Shown here: positions 53,198 to 64,000 of the stretch, one piece after another
Layout: each line of letters opens with the position of its first letter
Numbering within the stretch: position 1 is the stretch's first letter
DNA from: Pirellulales bacterium
Lineage (GTDB): Bacteria > Planctomycetota > Planctomycetia > Pirellulales > PNKZ01
DNA: 64,000 nucleotides
NCBI GenBank assembly: GCA_049840675.1
Contig: JASGKB010000001.1
Span: forward strand, 40,151-104,150
Reading direction: 5' to 3'
The notes under the pieces: model-generated
Seen by the model: only the letters and a program-made list of their open reading frames with translations
What the model was told of the DNA's origin: nothing
The model's database searches: none
Program-made: the position numbers and the translations under genes

Positions 53198-54889
53198 TCA
53201 ACTCTGAATCTTCTTGCTCAAGCGCTCGGCCAAACGTCCGAGCGCTTGGCTCTTGTCCGTCACGGAAAGGTGCGCCTGAATCAGGCTCACGCCGCGGTCG
53301 TTCCAGGCCGCTTTGAGGGCCGCATCGAACTCGCCTTCGGTCCGCACCTCGTATCCCTTGCCGCCGCCGTACACTTCCGGCAGCTTGTGATATTGCCAAG
53401 GGTTGATTTCGTTGAAGTCGCCCGGATGCAAGAATCGCTCCGTGCCGTAGCCCTTGTTGTCGAGCACGATGCAGATGTGGTGGAACTTGTGGCGAATGAG
53501 CGTCGAGAGCTCCTGCCCCGTCATCTGAAACGCGCCATCCCCCACCACGGCGATCGTCCGCTCGTTCGGTCGGGCCACCGAAGCGCCTAAGCTGGCGGGC
53601 ACAGAGAAACCCATCGACGTGTAATACGCCGGGCCGATGTACTCCGTCCGCCCGTGCATCGTCAGTTCGGTCGTGGAGAACAGCGAATCGCCGACGTCGC
53701 TGATTACGATCGTGTCGGCGTCGAGCGCTTCGTCGAGACGCGCGATCAGCCGCGCGATCGTCAGCGGCGCATCCGGCTGCAGCACGAACGGGCCCGCCGC
53801 GGCCTTCGGTTTCGTAAGCACGGGCCGTACCGCGGTCTGCGGCTTCGCCGCGGTCAGCTCCCGCAAGAAATCTTCCAGCAGCACGTCGTGGAAGTGGTGA
53901 TGGCGAATTCGCAGCTGCTCGCTCGTCGCATACACGCACTTGCCCGGATCGAGATTGGCCGTGTTGATTCCTAGGTTGATGTCCGTCATGAACGCGCCGA
54001 GCAGCAGCGTGCAATCGCTCTCTTCGACGTAGCGCGTCACCTCGTCCAGCCCCATCGCCCCTTCATACAGTCCGACGTACAACGGATGCTTTTCCGAAAC
54101 GACGCTTTTGCCCAAGATCGTCGACGCGATCGGAATTTTCGTCGCCTCGGCCAGCGCGATGAGCTGGTCCTGCAGCGCAAAGCGGTGAATTTCCACGCCC
54201 GCGATGATGATCGGCCGCTTGGCTTCGGCCAACAATCGCTTCGTCTCGGCGACCGCTTCCTGCAACGCCTCTTGGTTGCTCACCGGCTCCGCCTTGCGAT
54301 ACGCCGGCGACTGCGGCGGCACCACCTTCACCATGTCGCGCGGCAGTTCGATATACACGGGCCGCTTGTACCGCACGGCCGCGTCGAGCACGCGGTCGAT
54401 CTCGCGGCAGGCGGTGTGCGGATCGTTGAGCTCCGCGCAGGCCACGCAGATTTTCTCAAACACCTCGAACTGCGTCCGGAAGTCGCGCACCTTGTGATGC
54501 AGCAGCGGATTGTTCGGACGTTCGCTCAGCCCGGGCGAACCGGAGATCACGACCACGGGCGACTTCTCGGCGTAAGCGCCGGCGATCGAGTTCGTCAGGC
54601 TCAACCCGCCGACGCAGTACGTCACGCAAACGACGCCGAGCCCGTTGATGCGGGCATACGCGTCGGCCGCGAAGCCGGCGTGATCTTCCTTGCAGCAGCC
54701 GATCACGCGAATCGGCGAGTGTTCGAGCATCGAGTAAAACCCGAGCACGTAGTCGCCCGGAATGCCGAACACGTCGCGCACGCCGTATTCCTGCAACCGG
54801 CGAATCAGATAGTCGCCGATCGATTCGGCTTTGGCGGGCAGGTCTTGTCCGGCTTGATCGTGATCGCGCTTCGAACGGATGAGCGTCAT
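53198..54889 (-). CDS. TPP-dependent alpha-keto acid (indolepyruvate/pyruvate) decarboxylase
   Basis: Motifs [26 protein letters not shown] and the TPP motif [11 protein letters not shown]...NKGY. Start placed at MTLIR. Confidence 0.92.
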   Translation of the reverse strand: MTLIRSKRDHDQAGQDLPAKAESIGDYLIRRLQEYGVRDVFGIPGDYVLGFYSMLEHSPIRVIGCCKEDHAGFAADAYARINGLGVVCVTYCVGGLSLTNSIAGAYAEKSPVVVISGSPGLSERPNNPLLHHKVRDFRTQFEVFEKICVACAELNDPHTACREIDRVLDAAVRYKRPVYIELPRDMVKVVPPQSPAYRKAEPVSNQEALQEAVAETKRLLAEAKRPIIIAGVEIHRFALQDQLIALAEATKIPIASTILGKSVVSEKHPLYVGLYEGAMGLDEVTRYVEESDCTLLLGAFMTDINLGINTANLDPGKCVYATSEQLRIRHHHFHDVLLEDFLRELTAAKPQTAVRPVLTKPKAAAGPFVLQPDAPLTIARLIARLDEALDADTIVISDVGDSLFSTTELTMHGRTEYIGPAYYTSMGFSVPASLGASVARPNERTIAVVGDGAFQMTGQELSTLIRHKFHHICIVLDNKGYGTERFLHPGDFNEINPWQYHKLPEVYGGGKGYEVRTEGEFDAALKAAWNDRGVSLIQAHLSVTDKSQALGRLAERLSKKIQS

Positions 54890-55057
54890 CGTGGCGATTC
54901 CTGGCGAGGTGGCCGCGGGCATGCGTGCGGCAAATTCATCCTTGCGGGACGACCCGTCCGGAAACGGCTCGTTTCGGAAAGGCATTCCCGCGGGGAATTG
55001 TACGCTCGACCCAAAGCGGCGGCCGGCCGAGTATTTCCCGCCGTAATCGCAGGCCTT

Positions 55058-55954
55058 TTAGACCTCGATGATCATCGCCGTAGCCTGATCTTTCAGCACG
55101 CGCGGCAAAGCCGGAAGCATGATGAGGACGCCGGACGAATTGGCCACGACGTCGGCCTTTTCATCACCGCCGACCGTGGTGACCGTGCCGATGCGCTCGC
55201 CGGCCGCCACGCGATCGCCGAGCTTCGCCGCCGGGGCGAAGATTCCCGTCAGCGGCGACGGATGCCCAAGCTGTAAGAAGCCCGAGTTGTCGCGCGCGTC
55301 TTCATGGACGAATCGCACGCAGGTCGGGGGCGGCGTACGCTCCAGCATCTCGAACTCGGCCGCCACGTTGAGGCAGCCGTCGACGTAGTCGCGCACGCCT
55401 TGCGTCGAGCAATCGGCCCCGCCGAGATACTCCGCATAGATCGCCGGCACGCCGGCATCGCGGGCCACGCTGAGGCTGCGGCCGTTCAGATTCGGCGACG
55501 TGCCCCAAATCAACGGCAAGTTGAAGGCCCGCGCCATGCGGCGCTGCGAGTCGAGCACGCGGGCGTCGCGATGCAGCACGTATCCGGCCAACGGAAAGAG
55601 GCGATACGCCACGCCGCCGGTGTGTAAGTCGATGTAATAGTCGGCCTGGCGAATCAATTCGCTCAACGCATGAGCGACGCGTTCCGTCGGCTTGCCGTCT
55701 GCGCTGCCCGGACATGTGCGGGCCAAGTCGAGCCCGTCGTCGGCCGTACGCGTGCCGCGCTCGAACGCCGCGACGTTCACGCACGGCACGATCGTCACAC
55801 GGCCGCGCAGCTCCGCGCGTCGGGCGGTAAACAAGGCCGCGAGTTCGCGGCAGGCGACCATCGGCTCGTATTCGTCGCCGTGGACGCCCGCGGTGATCAG
55901 CAGCTTCGGGCCTGCGGCGGCACCCGCGATTTCGATCGTGTGGAGCATGGGCAC
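55058..55954 (-). CDS. Succinylglutamate desuccinylase/aspartoacylase family hydrolase
   Basis: Motifs AGVHGDE, DLAR..PG, IDLHTG and AEY.G; C-terminal biotinyl-like domain. Confidence 0.88.
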   Translation of the reverse strand: MPMLHTIEIAGAAAGPKLLITAGVHGDEYEPMVACRELAALFTARRAELRGRVTIVPCVNVAAFERGTRTADDGLDLARTCPGSADGKPTERVAHALSELIRQADYYIDLHTGGVAYRLFPLAGYVLHRDARVLDSQRRMARAFNLPLIWGTSPNLNGRSLSVARDAGVPAIYAEYLGGADCSTQGVRDYVDGCLNVAAEFEMLERTPPPTCVRFVHEDARDNSGFLQLGHPSPLTGIFAPAAKLGDRVAAGERIGTVTTVGGDEKADVVANSSGVLIMLPALPRVLKDQATAMIIEV

Positions 55955-56002
55955 CGCCTTCGAGAAGCAACGTCGTGCCGATCGGCGGCCGAGGAATTTT
56001 GT

Positions 56003-56752
56003 TTATGCCAACGGCTTCGGCTGCGACACGGCCGGTCGACGGCGGCGCGACTTCGGCTCGGTCAGCGCATCCACGATCAACTGCCCCCAGTGCTTCACGG
56101 CGGCGTCGATATGCTTCGACATCGCCTTGCTGGCCGCTTTGCCGTCGCCCGCTTCCAGCGCCTCGGCGATGGCCAAATGTTCTTCGTTCTCTTCGGCCAT
56201 GCGCGTGAAATCGTTCCGCTCTTCAAAGCGGGCGTAGCCAACGTCGCGAAAGGCCCGAAACAGCAGCTTGAACTGACCGATGGCTTCGGCCAACCGTCGG
56301 CTGCCGCAGCAATGGGCGATGAGATCGTGCAGCCGCGAATCGGCCGTCCGAGTCTGTTCGATAAACGGCACGCCGTCGAGATTCTTCGAATGGCCGAGTT
56401 TCGCCAACCGGCGCAATTCGACGAGCAGCGATTCCAACTCGACGCGGTCGACCCGTTCGGCGGCACAGCGCGCCGCTTCCGATTCCAACACGCGGCGAAT
56501 CTGGCAAAGTTCGGCCACGTCGTTACGCGTGACGCTGCGCACGACCGCGCCCCGATTGGGCAGCAAATCGACGATGCCGATGCCGGAAAGTTCGACGAGC
56601 GCTTCGCGAATCGGCGTCGGGCTGACGCCGAACTCGTCGGCCAATTTTTGTACGACGAGGCGCTGGCCGGAGTGGTAGCGGCCTGCGAAAATGCCGTGCA
56701 AAATGGCTTGCACGATGGTTTGCCGGCGCAGGCCGTGCGTGCAGTTAACCAT
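56003..56752 (-). CDS. GntR family regulator (FCD domain)
   Basis: HTH LADEFGVSPTPIREAL and PNRGA; FCD region EEHLAIAEAL. Confidence 0.92.
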   Translation of the reverse strand: MVNCTHGLRRQTIVQAILHGIFAGRYHSGQRLVVQKLADEFGVSPTPIREALVELSGIGIVDLLPNRGAVVRSVTRNDVAELCQIRRVLESEAARCAAERVDRVELESLLVELRRLAKLGHSKNLDGVPFIEQTRTADSRLHDLIAHCCGSRRLAEAIGQFKLLFRAFRDVGYARFEERNDFTRMAEENEEHLAIAEALEAGDGKAASKAMSKHIDAAVKHWGQLIVDALTEPKSRRRRPAVSQPKPLA

Positions 56753-56915
56753 GGCGAAAGAATGCGGGCTGAGGCGGGAAGCAAGCGGTGGGACGGACTA
56801 CTTTGATACTAAACCATACGACCGGCGTGAGCAAGCAGCATCGTCGGCGGTGCAACGCTCGCCGATGATGCGACGCTTCCCTGCGGCCAAGAAGAGCGCC
56901 TAGCGAAAACCGACG

Positions 56916-58127
56916 ATGGCTCACTCCCTCGCACAGAACGTCGCCGTCGTCGGTTTTGGCCCCGCCGGAGGAGCTTTAGCGTTGCTCTTGGCTCGTGCCG
57001 GCCGGCGCGTGACTCTCTTTGAGCGTGCGGCGAAGCTCGGCCCCGTCGGCGCAGGCATCCTTCTCCAACCCTCCGGACAGGCGGTGCTTCATCGTCTCGG
57101 ATTATTGGAGCCGGTACGCGAGCGAAGCGAACGAATCGAAATGCTGCATGCGGTTCGCGCCTGCGGACGCACGCTCGTACGGCTGCGATACGACGGCGCA
57201 CTGCCGGATGCCGTCGCCTACGGCGTGCATCGCGGCGTGCTGTTCGAACTGTTGCACGCGGCGATCGTTGCGGCGGGCGTTGAAATTCGTAGCGGCGCGG
57301 AGATCAACGAAATCTCCGATTCGCCGAGCGGTGCCGAACTCATCGACACGGCCGGCCGCAGGCACGGACCTTTCGACATGGCGGCCTGCTGCGACGGCTC
57401 CCGTTCACGGCTCCGGCAATGCATTGATCCGCAAGTTCGATCGCAGCCGTATGACTACGGCGCGTTGTGGGCCGTCGGGCCTTGCACGCAGGTTCGCGGC
57501 TATCTGCATCAAACGGTCGACGGCACCCGCCGCCTCTGCGGAGTGCTGCCGATCGGCAATGCCCGCGCCACGTTGTTTTGGGGCCTACGCACCGACAAAT
57601 TCGACGAATTGCGACAATCGTCGTTCGGCGACTTTCGCGACGAAGTGCTCGCGCTTTGTCCCGAGGCCGAAGAAATCTTCACGGAGTTTCGCAGCTTCGA
57701 CCAAGCCGCATTGGCCCGCTACGGACATGCCGCGCCGCGCAAATTGTTCGGTTCGCGCGTAGTACTTGTCGGAGATGCGGCCCATGCCATGAGCCCGCAC
57801 CTGGGACAAGGCGCCAACCTCGGGTTGGTCGATGCGGAGACGCTGGCAAGCAGCTTAGGAACTTCGTCGTCTCTCGAGGCGGCGTTTCGCCAATATGTGG
57901 CGGCAACTCGCAGCCGGGTCCGTTTCTATTCCCGTTTGTCGCGACTGCTTTCACCGTTCTTCCAAAGCGACGGTTCGTTGTTCGGCCGAGGACGCGATTT
58001 CGCGCTCCCGCTGATGACGATGATTCCGCCGCTGCGGCGACAGATGGAACTCTCGCTCGCCGGTCTGAAGTGCGGTTTGTTGACCTCGGTCCGCAATTCT
58101 CCGAGCGATCATCCGCACGCGAGATGA
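56916..58127 (+). CDS. FAD-dependent monooxygenase
   Basis: Motifs VGFGPAG, CDG.RS.LR and GDAAHAMSPHLGQGANLG..DA. Confidence 0.9.
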   Translation: MAHSLAQNVAVVGFGPAGGALALLLARAGRRVTLFERAAKLGPVGAGILLQPSGQAVLHRLGLLEPVRERSERIEMLHAVRACGRTLVRLRYDGALPDAVAYGVHRGVLFELLHAAIVAAGVEIRSGAEINEISDSPSGAELIDTAGRRHGPFDMAACCDGSRSRLRQCIDPQVRSQPYDYGALWAVGPCTQVRGYLHQTVDGTRRLCGVLPIGNARATLFWGLRTDKFDELRQSSFGDFRDEVLALCPEAEEIFTEFRSFDQAALARYGHAAPRKLFGSRVVLVGDAAHAMSPHLGQGANLGLVDAETLASSLGTSSSLEAAFRQYVAATRSRVRFYSRLSRLLSPFFQSDGSLFGRGRDFALPLMTMIPPLRRQMELSLAGLKCGLLTSVRNSPSDHPHAR

Positions 58128-58247
58128 CTCCGCATAGTTTCGCCCGCGACCCGCGGCGCAACAATATTTTGTTGTCCGCAACGGCGTCACGGCGATAATC
58201 GCCGGTTTCACGACCGCCGTCTGCTACTGTTTTTCGCGAGTCTCCGC

Positions 58248-59623
58248 ATGGTCGCCAAGTTCTTCGGGATGTTCGCCGTCGTCGTCGCCGCGTTGGCCTC
58301 GCTGCCGCTTGTTTCGCAAGCCGGCCAATGGAAGGCAGGCACGGCCGTCGTAAACGTGACTCCGAAGGAACCGATGTGGATGGCCGGCTATGCGTCCCGC
58401 ACGAAGCCTTCGGAAGGCGTGGCGCTTGATCTCTATTGCAAGGCGCTGGCCTTGGAAGACGACGCCGGACGACGAGCCGTGATCGTCACGTGCGATCTCA
58501 TCGGCATTCCACGCGACTTGCGAGAGAATGTCGCCGCCGCGTGCGAGCGCGAATACAAACTTCCTCCCGAACGGCTGCTGCTCAATGCTTCGCACACGCA
58601 CTGCGGCCCGGAGTTTCGGCGGCAAAAAAAGGAAACACTCGCACTTTCCGACGAGCGCGCTCGGCAAGGAGCCGAATACGCCGAGCTGTTGGAGAAACAG
58701 TGGATTGCGCTAGTCGGCGAAGCTTTGGAGAACCTCGCGCCGGCGAAGGTGAGCTACGTCCAGGCCCGCTGCGGCTTCGCGATGAACCGCCGTACGCCGA
58801 GCGAGTCGGGCTACAAGAACGCGCCTTGGAGCGAAGGCCCGGTCGATCACGTCGTGCCGGTGCTGAAGATCGACGGCGCCGACGGCAAGCTCCGCGCCGT
58901 GCTCTTTGGTTACGCCTGCCACAACACGACGCTCGGCTTCCAACAATTCTGCGGCGACTACGCCGGCTACGCCCAGCAGTATCTCGAAGAGCGACGTCCC
59001 GGCACGACGGCCCACTTCTTCATGGGCTGCGGCGGCGACCAGAACCCGTACCCGCGGCGCGAATTGGAATACGCGCGGCAACACGGCAAGTCGCTCGGCA
59101 TCGCGGTCGAGGCGGCGCGAGAATCTGCGCCGGCTCGTGAACTGCAAGGACCGCTCGGCGCCGCGCTCACGATGGCGACGCTCGACTTCGCTCCACCGCC
59201 GCCGAAAGAAGTGCTCCAGCGGCAAACGCAGAGCCCGAACAAATTCGAAGCCCGGCATGCCGAACGCTTGTTGGAAGAACTCGCGGAGACCGGCAAGATC
59301 GCCACGACGTACGGCGCGCCGCTGCAAGCGCTGCAATTCGGCGACGATCTGACGATCGTGGCGTTTCCGGGGGAAACCGTCGTCGATTATGCGTTCGCGC
59401 TCGCCGCGATTTCGGCGACGACAAACGCATCGTCTGGCCGGCCGGTTATTCGAACGACGTGTTTGCGTATGTTCCCTCGAAGCGCGTGCTGCTCGAAGGA
59501 GGCTACGAAGCCGGCGGTGCGATGCTCTACGGCCGGTTTCCCGGGCCGTTTTCGGTCGACGTGGAAGAGCGCGTCATGCAGGCCGCGGCCGACGCGGTGA
59601 CGCGTAGTCGGCAAACACCGTAA
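58248..59623 (+). CDS. Neutral/alkaline ceramidase-like exported protein; frameshift near 59395
   Basis: Signal peptide; motifs MAGY, ASHTHCGP, YACHNT, GDYAG and GCGGDQNP; C-terminal GYSNDV.AYVP...EGGYE in a shifted frame. Confidence 0.8.
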
Positions 59624-59639
59624 CGCTTAGGTTAATGAG

Positions 59640-59710
59640 TGCCACTGGTGGCTTGTCCACCAGTGTCGTTTGACGTCGACCGAACACTGGTGGACAAGCC
59701 ACCAGTGGCA
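59640..59710. repeat. Perfect 27-bp inverted REP-like doublet between convergent genes
   Basis: TGCCACTGGTGGCTTGTCCACCAGTGT and its exact reverse complement at 59684-59710; each arm is itself a hairpin. Confidence 0.85.
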
Positions 59711-59722
59711 CCGGCAATAATT

Positions 59723-60598
59723 TCAGAGCGGGGCCGGTAGATCGCGCTTGGCAAACACGGCGACGGCTGCGACGTAGCACAGCAGCCCGGCCGTGAAGAG
59801 CACGCCGTTGTTCACGGCCACGTCGCGCCACGCGGTTTCCGGACGAATACCAAGCACTTCAGGTTCAAACGCCGAGAGAAACGATCCGTAGCCGAGCCAA
59901 GCGAAGCCGGGTACGGCGCGAGCCACGAGCTTCAGCAGCAGTTGAAACAAGTAGAAGCCGCACATCCAACCGACGGTGCGGCGTCGATCGCTGCCGCAAG
60001 CCGAAGCCAGCGTGGTCGCGGCGGTGAGAAAGAAGAGAAAGCCGACGAGACTCAACGCCGACGGTCCGAAATCGAACGGTGCGACGCGGCCGGAATATCC
60101 CATCAGCCGGACGCCGAAGCAGGTGCCGAGCCACGAAACGACGGCCAACAGCAACGCTCCCACGTTGTTCACGACGGCATGCGTTACGACGATCGCCCAC
60201 CGCCGCACCGGCTGCGCTAGCAGCATCTCCATCGTGCCGCGACCGATCTCGCCGCTCACGCAATCGGAACCGCGGGCAATGCTCCACGATACGCAAACGA
60301 AGATCGTCACCGGATGGACGTACGCCATCGCGAGCCGACCTTGCGGCGTCGCGAGCGAAGCCAAAGGGATGCCGAGCATCTTTTCAAACGACTTCGGCAA
60401 TGTGCGGAGAAACACCTCGAGCGCTCCCAACTCGACCTGGCTCGACATCCACACGTAAATCACTTGAAACAACACGGCCGTGGCGACCAGCGCCGCCAAC
60501 AGCCCGCGAGATTCGACCCAAGCCTTCCACCATAAGGCCCGCGGCAACGAACTCGTCGCTCCCTTCGCAACGTCGGACGTTTCAAGAGTCGCGCTCAT
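59723..60598 (-). CDS. ABC-2 type transporter permease
   Basis: Motif SGEIGRGTMEMLLAQPVRR, six TM helices, C-terminal FAKRDL; ATGA-coupled to the ATPase gene. Confidence 0.88.
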   Translation of the reverse strand: MSATLETSDVAKGATSSLPRALWWKAWVESRGLLAALVATAVLFQVIYVWMSSQVELGALEVFLRTLPKSFEKMLGIPLASLATPQGRLAMAYVHPVTIFVCVSWSIARGSDCVSGEIGRGTMEMLLAQPVRRWAIVVTHAVVNNVGALLLAVVSWLGTCFGVRLMGYSGRVAPFDFGPSALSLVGFLFFLTAATTLASACGSDRRRTVGWMCGFYLFQLLLKLVARAVPGFAWLGYGSFLSAFEPEVLGIRPETAWRDVAVNNGVLFTAGLLCYVAAVAVFAKRDLPAPL

Positions 60599-61512
60599 GC
60601 GGCGGGCTCCTGCGGCAGTTCGCTGCGCCAAGTTTCCGGCGGATGGAACTTCTCGTAGATCGCCGCCAACCCGACCGGCTCGATTCGCAGTTCGTCGGTC
60701 GGCAACGTGGCCAGCCAAGCCAAGAGCGGCCCCAGCGCACACCCGGCGACGATCACCAATTCGTCGCCGCGCAACGTCACGTCGACTTCGCCGCGGAGAC
60801 TCGTCGGCAATTCCGGCGCCGGTCTGCGCGAGTGCGCCACGATGCGGTGGCGACGTCGCAAATCGTGCAGGTCTTGCTCATGCACGAGCTTGCCTGTGCG
60901 CAGCAACAGCGCGCGGTCGCAGGCTCGTTCGACTTCGTCGAGCACGTGCGACGAAAAGAACACGGCCCGGCCGGCATCGCGGGCCTCGCGCACCGGCGCA
61001 ACGACTTCCCCTCGCACCGTCGGATCAAGATTCGCCGTCGGCTCATCGAGCACGACGAGCGGCGCATCGACGGCCAAGACCGAGGCCAAGGCGAGCTTCT
61101 GTCGCATGCCGGTCGACATGGCCCGCACGCGGCGCGAAAGATCAAGATCGAGCCGGCGAGCGAGGCCCGTCGCACGCTCGGCATAGCCTGCGTCGCGCAG
61201 GCCTGCGAAAAACTGTACGATCTCGCGGCCGTTGAAGTGCGGGAACAACCGGGCTTCGGCCGGCAAATAAGCTACGGCACGATGCACGTCGACCGACGCG
61301 GCGTGGCAATCAAGCCCGGCGATCGCCGCACGTCCGGCCGTCGGACGAAGGTAGCCCATCAGCAGCCGCAAGAGCGTCGTCTTTCCCGCGCCGTTGGGGC
61401 CGAGCAGCCCGCAGATTTCGCCCGGGCTAAGTTCGAACGTGCAGTCGTCGAGAGCCGTGAAGTCGCCGTACCGCTTCGTCAGGTTGCGAACTTCGACCAG
61501 GGCCTGCGGCAT
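60595..61512 (-). CDS. ABC transporter ATP-binding protein
   Basis: Motifs GPNGAGKTT, MSTGMRQK, LDEPT and SSH. Confidence 0.93.
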   Translation of the reverse strand: MPQALVEVRNLTKRYGDFTALDDCTFELSPGEICGLLGPNGAGKTTLLRLLMGYLRPTAGRAAIAGLDCHAASVDVHRAVAYLPAEARLFPHFNGREIVQFFAGLRDAGYAERATGLARRLDLDLSRRVRAMSTGMRQKLALASVLAVDAPLVVLDEPTANLDPTVRGEVVAPVREARDAGRAVFFSSHVLDEVERACDRALLLRTGKLVHEQDLHDLRRRHRIVAHSRRPAPELPTSLRGEVDVTLRGDELVIVAGCALGPLLAWLATLPTDELRIEPVGLAAIYEKFHPPETWRSELPQEPAA

Positions 61513-61724
61513 CGACGACTTCAACTCACAAAACAGATTGCGGCTCCCCGAGACGGCGACGATTCACTGTAGCCGGCCGGCCGCATTTGAACAGGTCGCC
61601 GGCGTTCTGCGGTAGCGAAACCGGCGGGTTTTCGCGATACTGCCCCGGCGGCTTTCGGGCCGCCTTCGGCACGTCGCCCCAGCGCTTTCGTCTTCCTTTT
61701 CCGGCCGCCTAGGTCGGGCATCGC

Positions 61725-64000
61725 ATGAGTTCCGCTCCCGGTCTGCGTCCGCTCATCGTCGACGCCAAACGGCGTTTGGCCGAAGGGCGCGAGCGCATCA
61801 AAGCACGTCACGAAAAGGGCTCGCCCGGCATTCAAGTCTGTCGGGCTATGACGGAACTCTACGACGGACTGATCCTCGAACTCTATCGCTCGGCGCTGGC
61901 CGACCTCGGCGAAGAAGGTCTGCAAGGTTTGGAGTCGGTCTGTTCGGTCGTCGCGCTCGGCGGCACCGGGCGTTGCGATTTGGCGCCGTACAGCGACGTC
62001 GACCTGATGCTCCTGCACGCGCCCACGCAAGACGCCGAGCGCCGCACGGCCAAACTCGCCGAACGATTGCTGCGCGACGTGTTCGACGTCGGCTTTCAGC
62101 TCGGGCTTTCCGTCCGCACGGCGTCGCAGGCTTGCCAATCGGCGCGGGGCGACGCCACGATTTGCACGTCGCTCATCGAAGCCCGCCTGCTGGTCGGCAA
62201 CCTCGAACTGTTCGAATATTTTCAGCGCCGCTTCCGCAAAGAAATGATGCGGCGGGCTCCCGCGCTCATTCGCCTGATCGAACAGGCCCGCGGCGACGAG
62301 CGCACGCAGTACGGCGAAACCGTGTACGTGCTCGAACCGAACCTGAAGCGCTCCCGCGGCGGCTTGCGCGATATCCAGTTCGTGCGCTGGATCGGCTTCT
62401 TGCAATACGGAGTCGCCGAGCCCGACGGATTGAAGCTGGTCGGTGCGCTGGAGCGGGCCGATCATGAAGCGCTCGTGCAGGCCTGGGAATTCTTGCTGAA
62501 TTTGCGCAATGAGATGCATTTCCAAGCCGGCAAAAGCAACGACCTGCTCGACAAGGCCGAGCAATTGCGACTAGCCGAAGTGATGGGCTACGAAGGGAGC
62601 GCAGGCCTGTTGCCCGTCGAGTGCTTCATGCAGCATTACTTCAAGCTGACAAGTCGCGTGAGCGGTATCGCGCTGCGATTCGCCGAGGCCGCGAAGCCGC
62701 GCCCGATGCTGGGCCGGCTGTTGTCGCCGCTGGTGTCGCATCGGTTCGAGGGCGATTATCGCGTCGGCCCCACGAGCATCGGTCTGCTGCCGCGCGCGTT
62801 TCCCAAGCTGCAAACCAGCTTGGAGGAACTTTTGCGGCTTTGCGATTTGGCGAATCTTTACGACAAGCCGATCGACCGCGACACGACGGAAGCGATTCAT
62901 TCGGCCGTGCCCAAGCTGCCCGAAGGTCTTTCGCCGGAGGCCGCGAAACGGTTCTTGGCGCTGCTCAATACGCCCGCGCGACTCGGCGAATTGCTGCGGA
63001 TGCTGCATCAAACCGTGTGCTTGAACGTATACTTCCCGACTTCGCGCACGCCCGTTGCCTGCTGCAGTTCAACGAGTATCACAAGTTCACCGTCGACGAA
63101 CATACGCTCCGCGCCGTGGAGCAAGCGACGTCGCTGGTGAACGATCCGGGTACGCTCGGCGACGCTTACCGCGGGCTCAAGCGGAAATGGCTCTTACACC
63201 TCGCCCTGCTCTTGCACGACTTGGGCAAGGGTTACGTGGAAGACCATAGCGACGTCGGCCTGCGAATTGCCGCGGAAATGGCGCCGCGACTCGGCTTGGA
63301 AGAGTCCGACGCCGAGACGCTGAAGTTTCTCGTGCACAAACATCTGATGATGTCGCACTTGGCGTTTCGCCGCGACACGAGCGACGAGCAGCTTATCACG
63401 AAGTTCGCCGTCGACGTCGGTTCGCCGGAAACGTTGCAGATGCTTTACGTACTGACGTGCTGCGACACGGCGGCCGTCGGCCCCGGCACGCTCAACGCTT
63501 GGAAATCGGAAGTGCTGACCGATCTCTATCGGCGAACGCGTCGGCGTTTGACGAGCGAAGATCCGAACTCGGCATCGCGGGCCGCGTTGGCGGAACGCCG
63601 GCGCTCAGTGCAAGAGGCTCTGCTGCCGACTGCGAACACGGCGCGGTGCCGCCGCAGCCGAGCCGTCACTCGACCCTTGGTTTCAGCGGCATCTCGACGA
63701 ACTTCCGGCGAGCTACCTTTACGGCAATCGGCCGGAACAGGTGGCGGCCGATTTGCAGAAACTCAAGTCGCTCGGACGGCAGGACGTCGTCGCCGAAGGA
63801 CGCTACTCGCCGGAGAGCAACGCCACGGAGTATTGGATCGGCACGTACGAAGACATTGCGCCGGGCGTGTTCCATCGTCTGACCGGGGCGATTTCCGCAG
63901 AAGGTCTGCAGATTCTTTCGGCCGAGATCAACACGCTTGCGGGCGGATTGATCGTCGACCGGTTTTGGGTGCAAGACCCCGACTACACAGGCGCACCGGC
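61725..64000 (+). CDS. glnD: [Protein-PII] uridylyltransferase; runs off the window end; frameshifts near 63020 and 63700
   Basis: NTase motif ALGGTGR..LAPYSDVDL, EPNLKRSRGGLRD, HD domain (YHKFTVDEH, LLLHDLGKG, DHS) and the start of the ACT domain. Confidence 0.93.

Overview
High-GC chromosomal segment of a planctomycete, most likely Pirellulales. The assignment rests on two DUF1549/DUF1553 + DUF1501 cassettes, a TIGR03009-type protein and planctomycete-style REP repeats. Most long genes carry one or more single-base frameshifts, including normally conserved ones such as glgP, rnz, glnD and an MsbA-like exporter. This points to uncorrected long-read indel errors, so split ORFs were re-joined by eye and some gene ends are approximate. 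The content is largely housekeeping and regulatory: glgP, metG, ldhA, a sigma-54 activator, two ECF sigma/anti-sigma pairs, a diguanylate cyclase, transporters, a RelE/ParE-type toxin-antitoxin pair, a keto-acid decarboxylase and glnD. No rRNA, tRNA, CRISPR array, integrase or transposase was recognised. The most interesting parts are: (1) a GT2 + BshC-like ligase + tandem-GNAT gene string that looks like an undescribed sugar-thiol or acyl-sugar pathway; (2) a lower-GC 5-kb island (about 23.9-29.1 kb) with an iteron-like 20-bp repeat array, two copies of a 29-aa membrane micropeptide flanking a PLAT/LH2-domain gene, a yjzC gene behind tandem NrdR-like boxes, and a multi-zinc-finger HNH nuclease; (3) a strong sigma-54 promoter driving an unannotated, highly structured, possibly pseudoknotted RNA at about 32.05-32.3 kb; (4) REP-type and heptamer repeats inserted in frame into proteins. 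All family calls come from motif recognition only; no searches were run.
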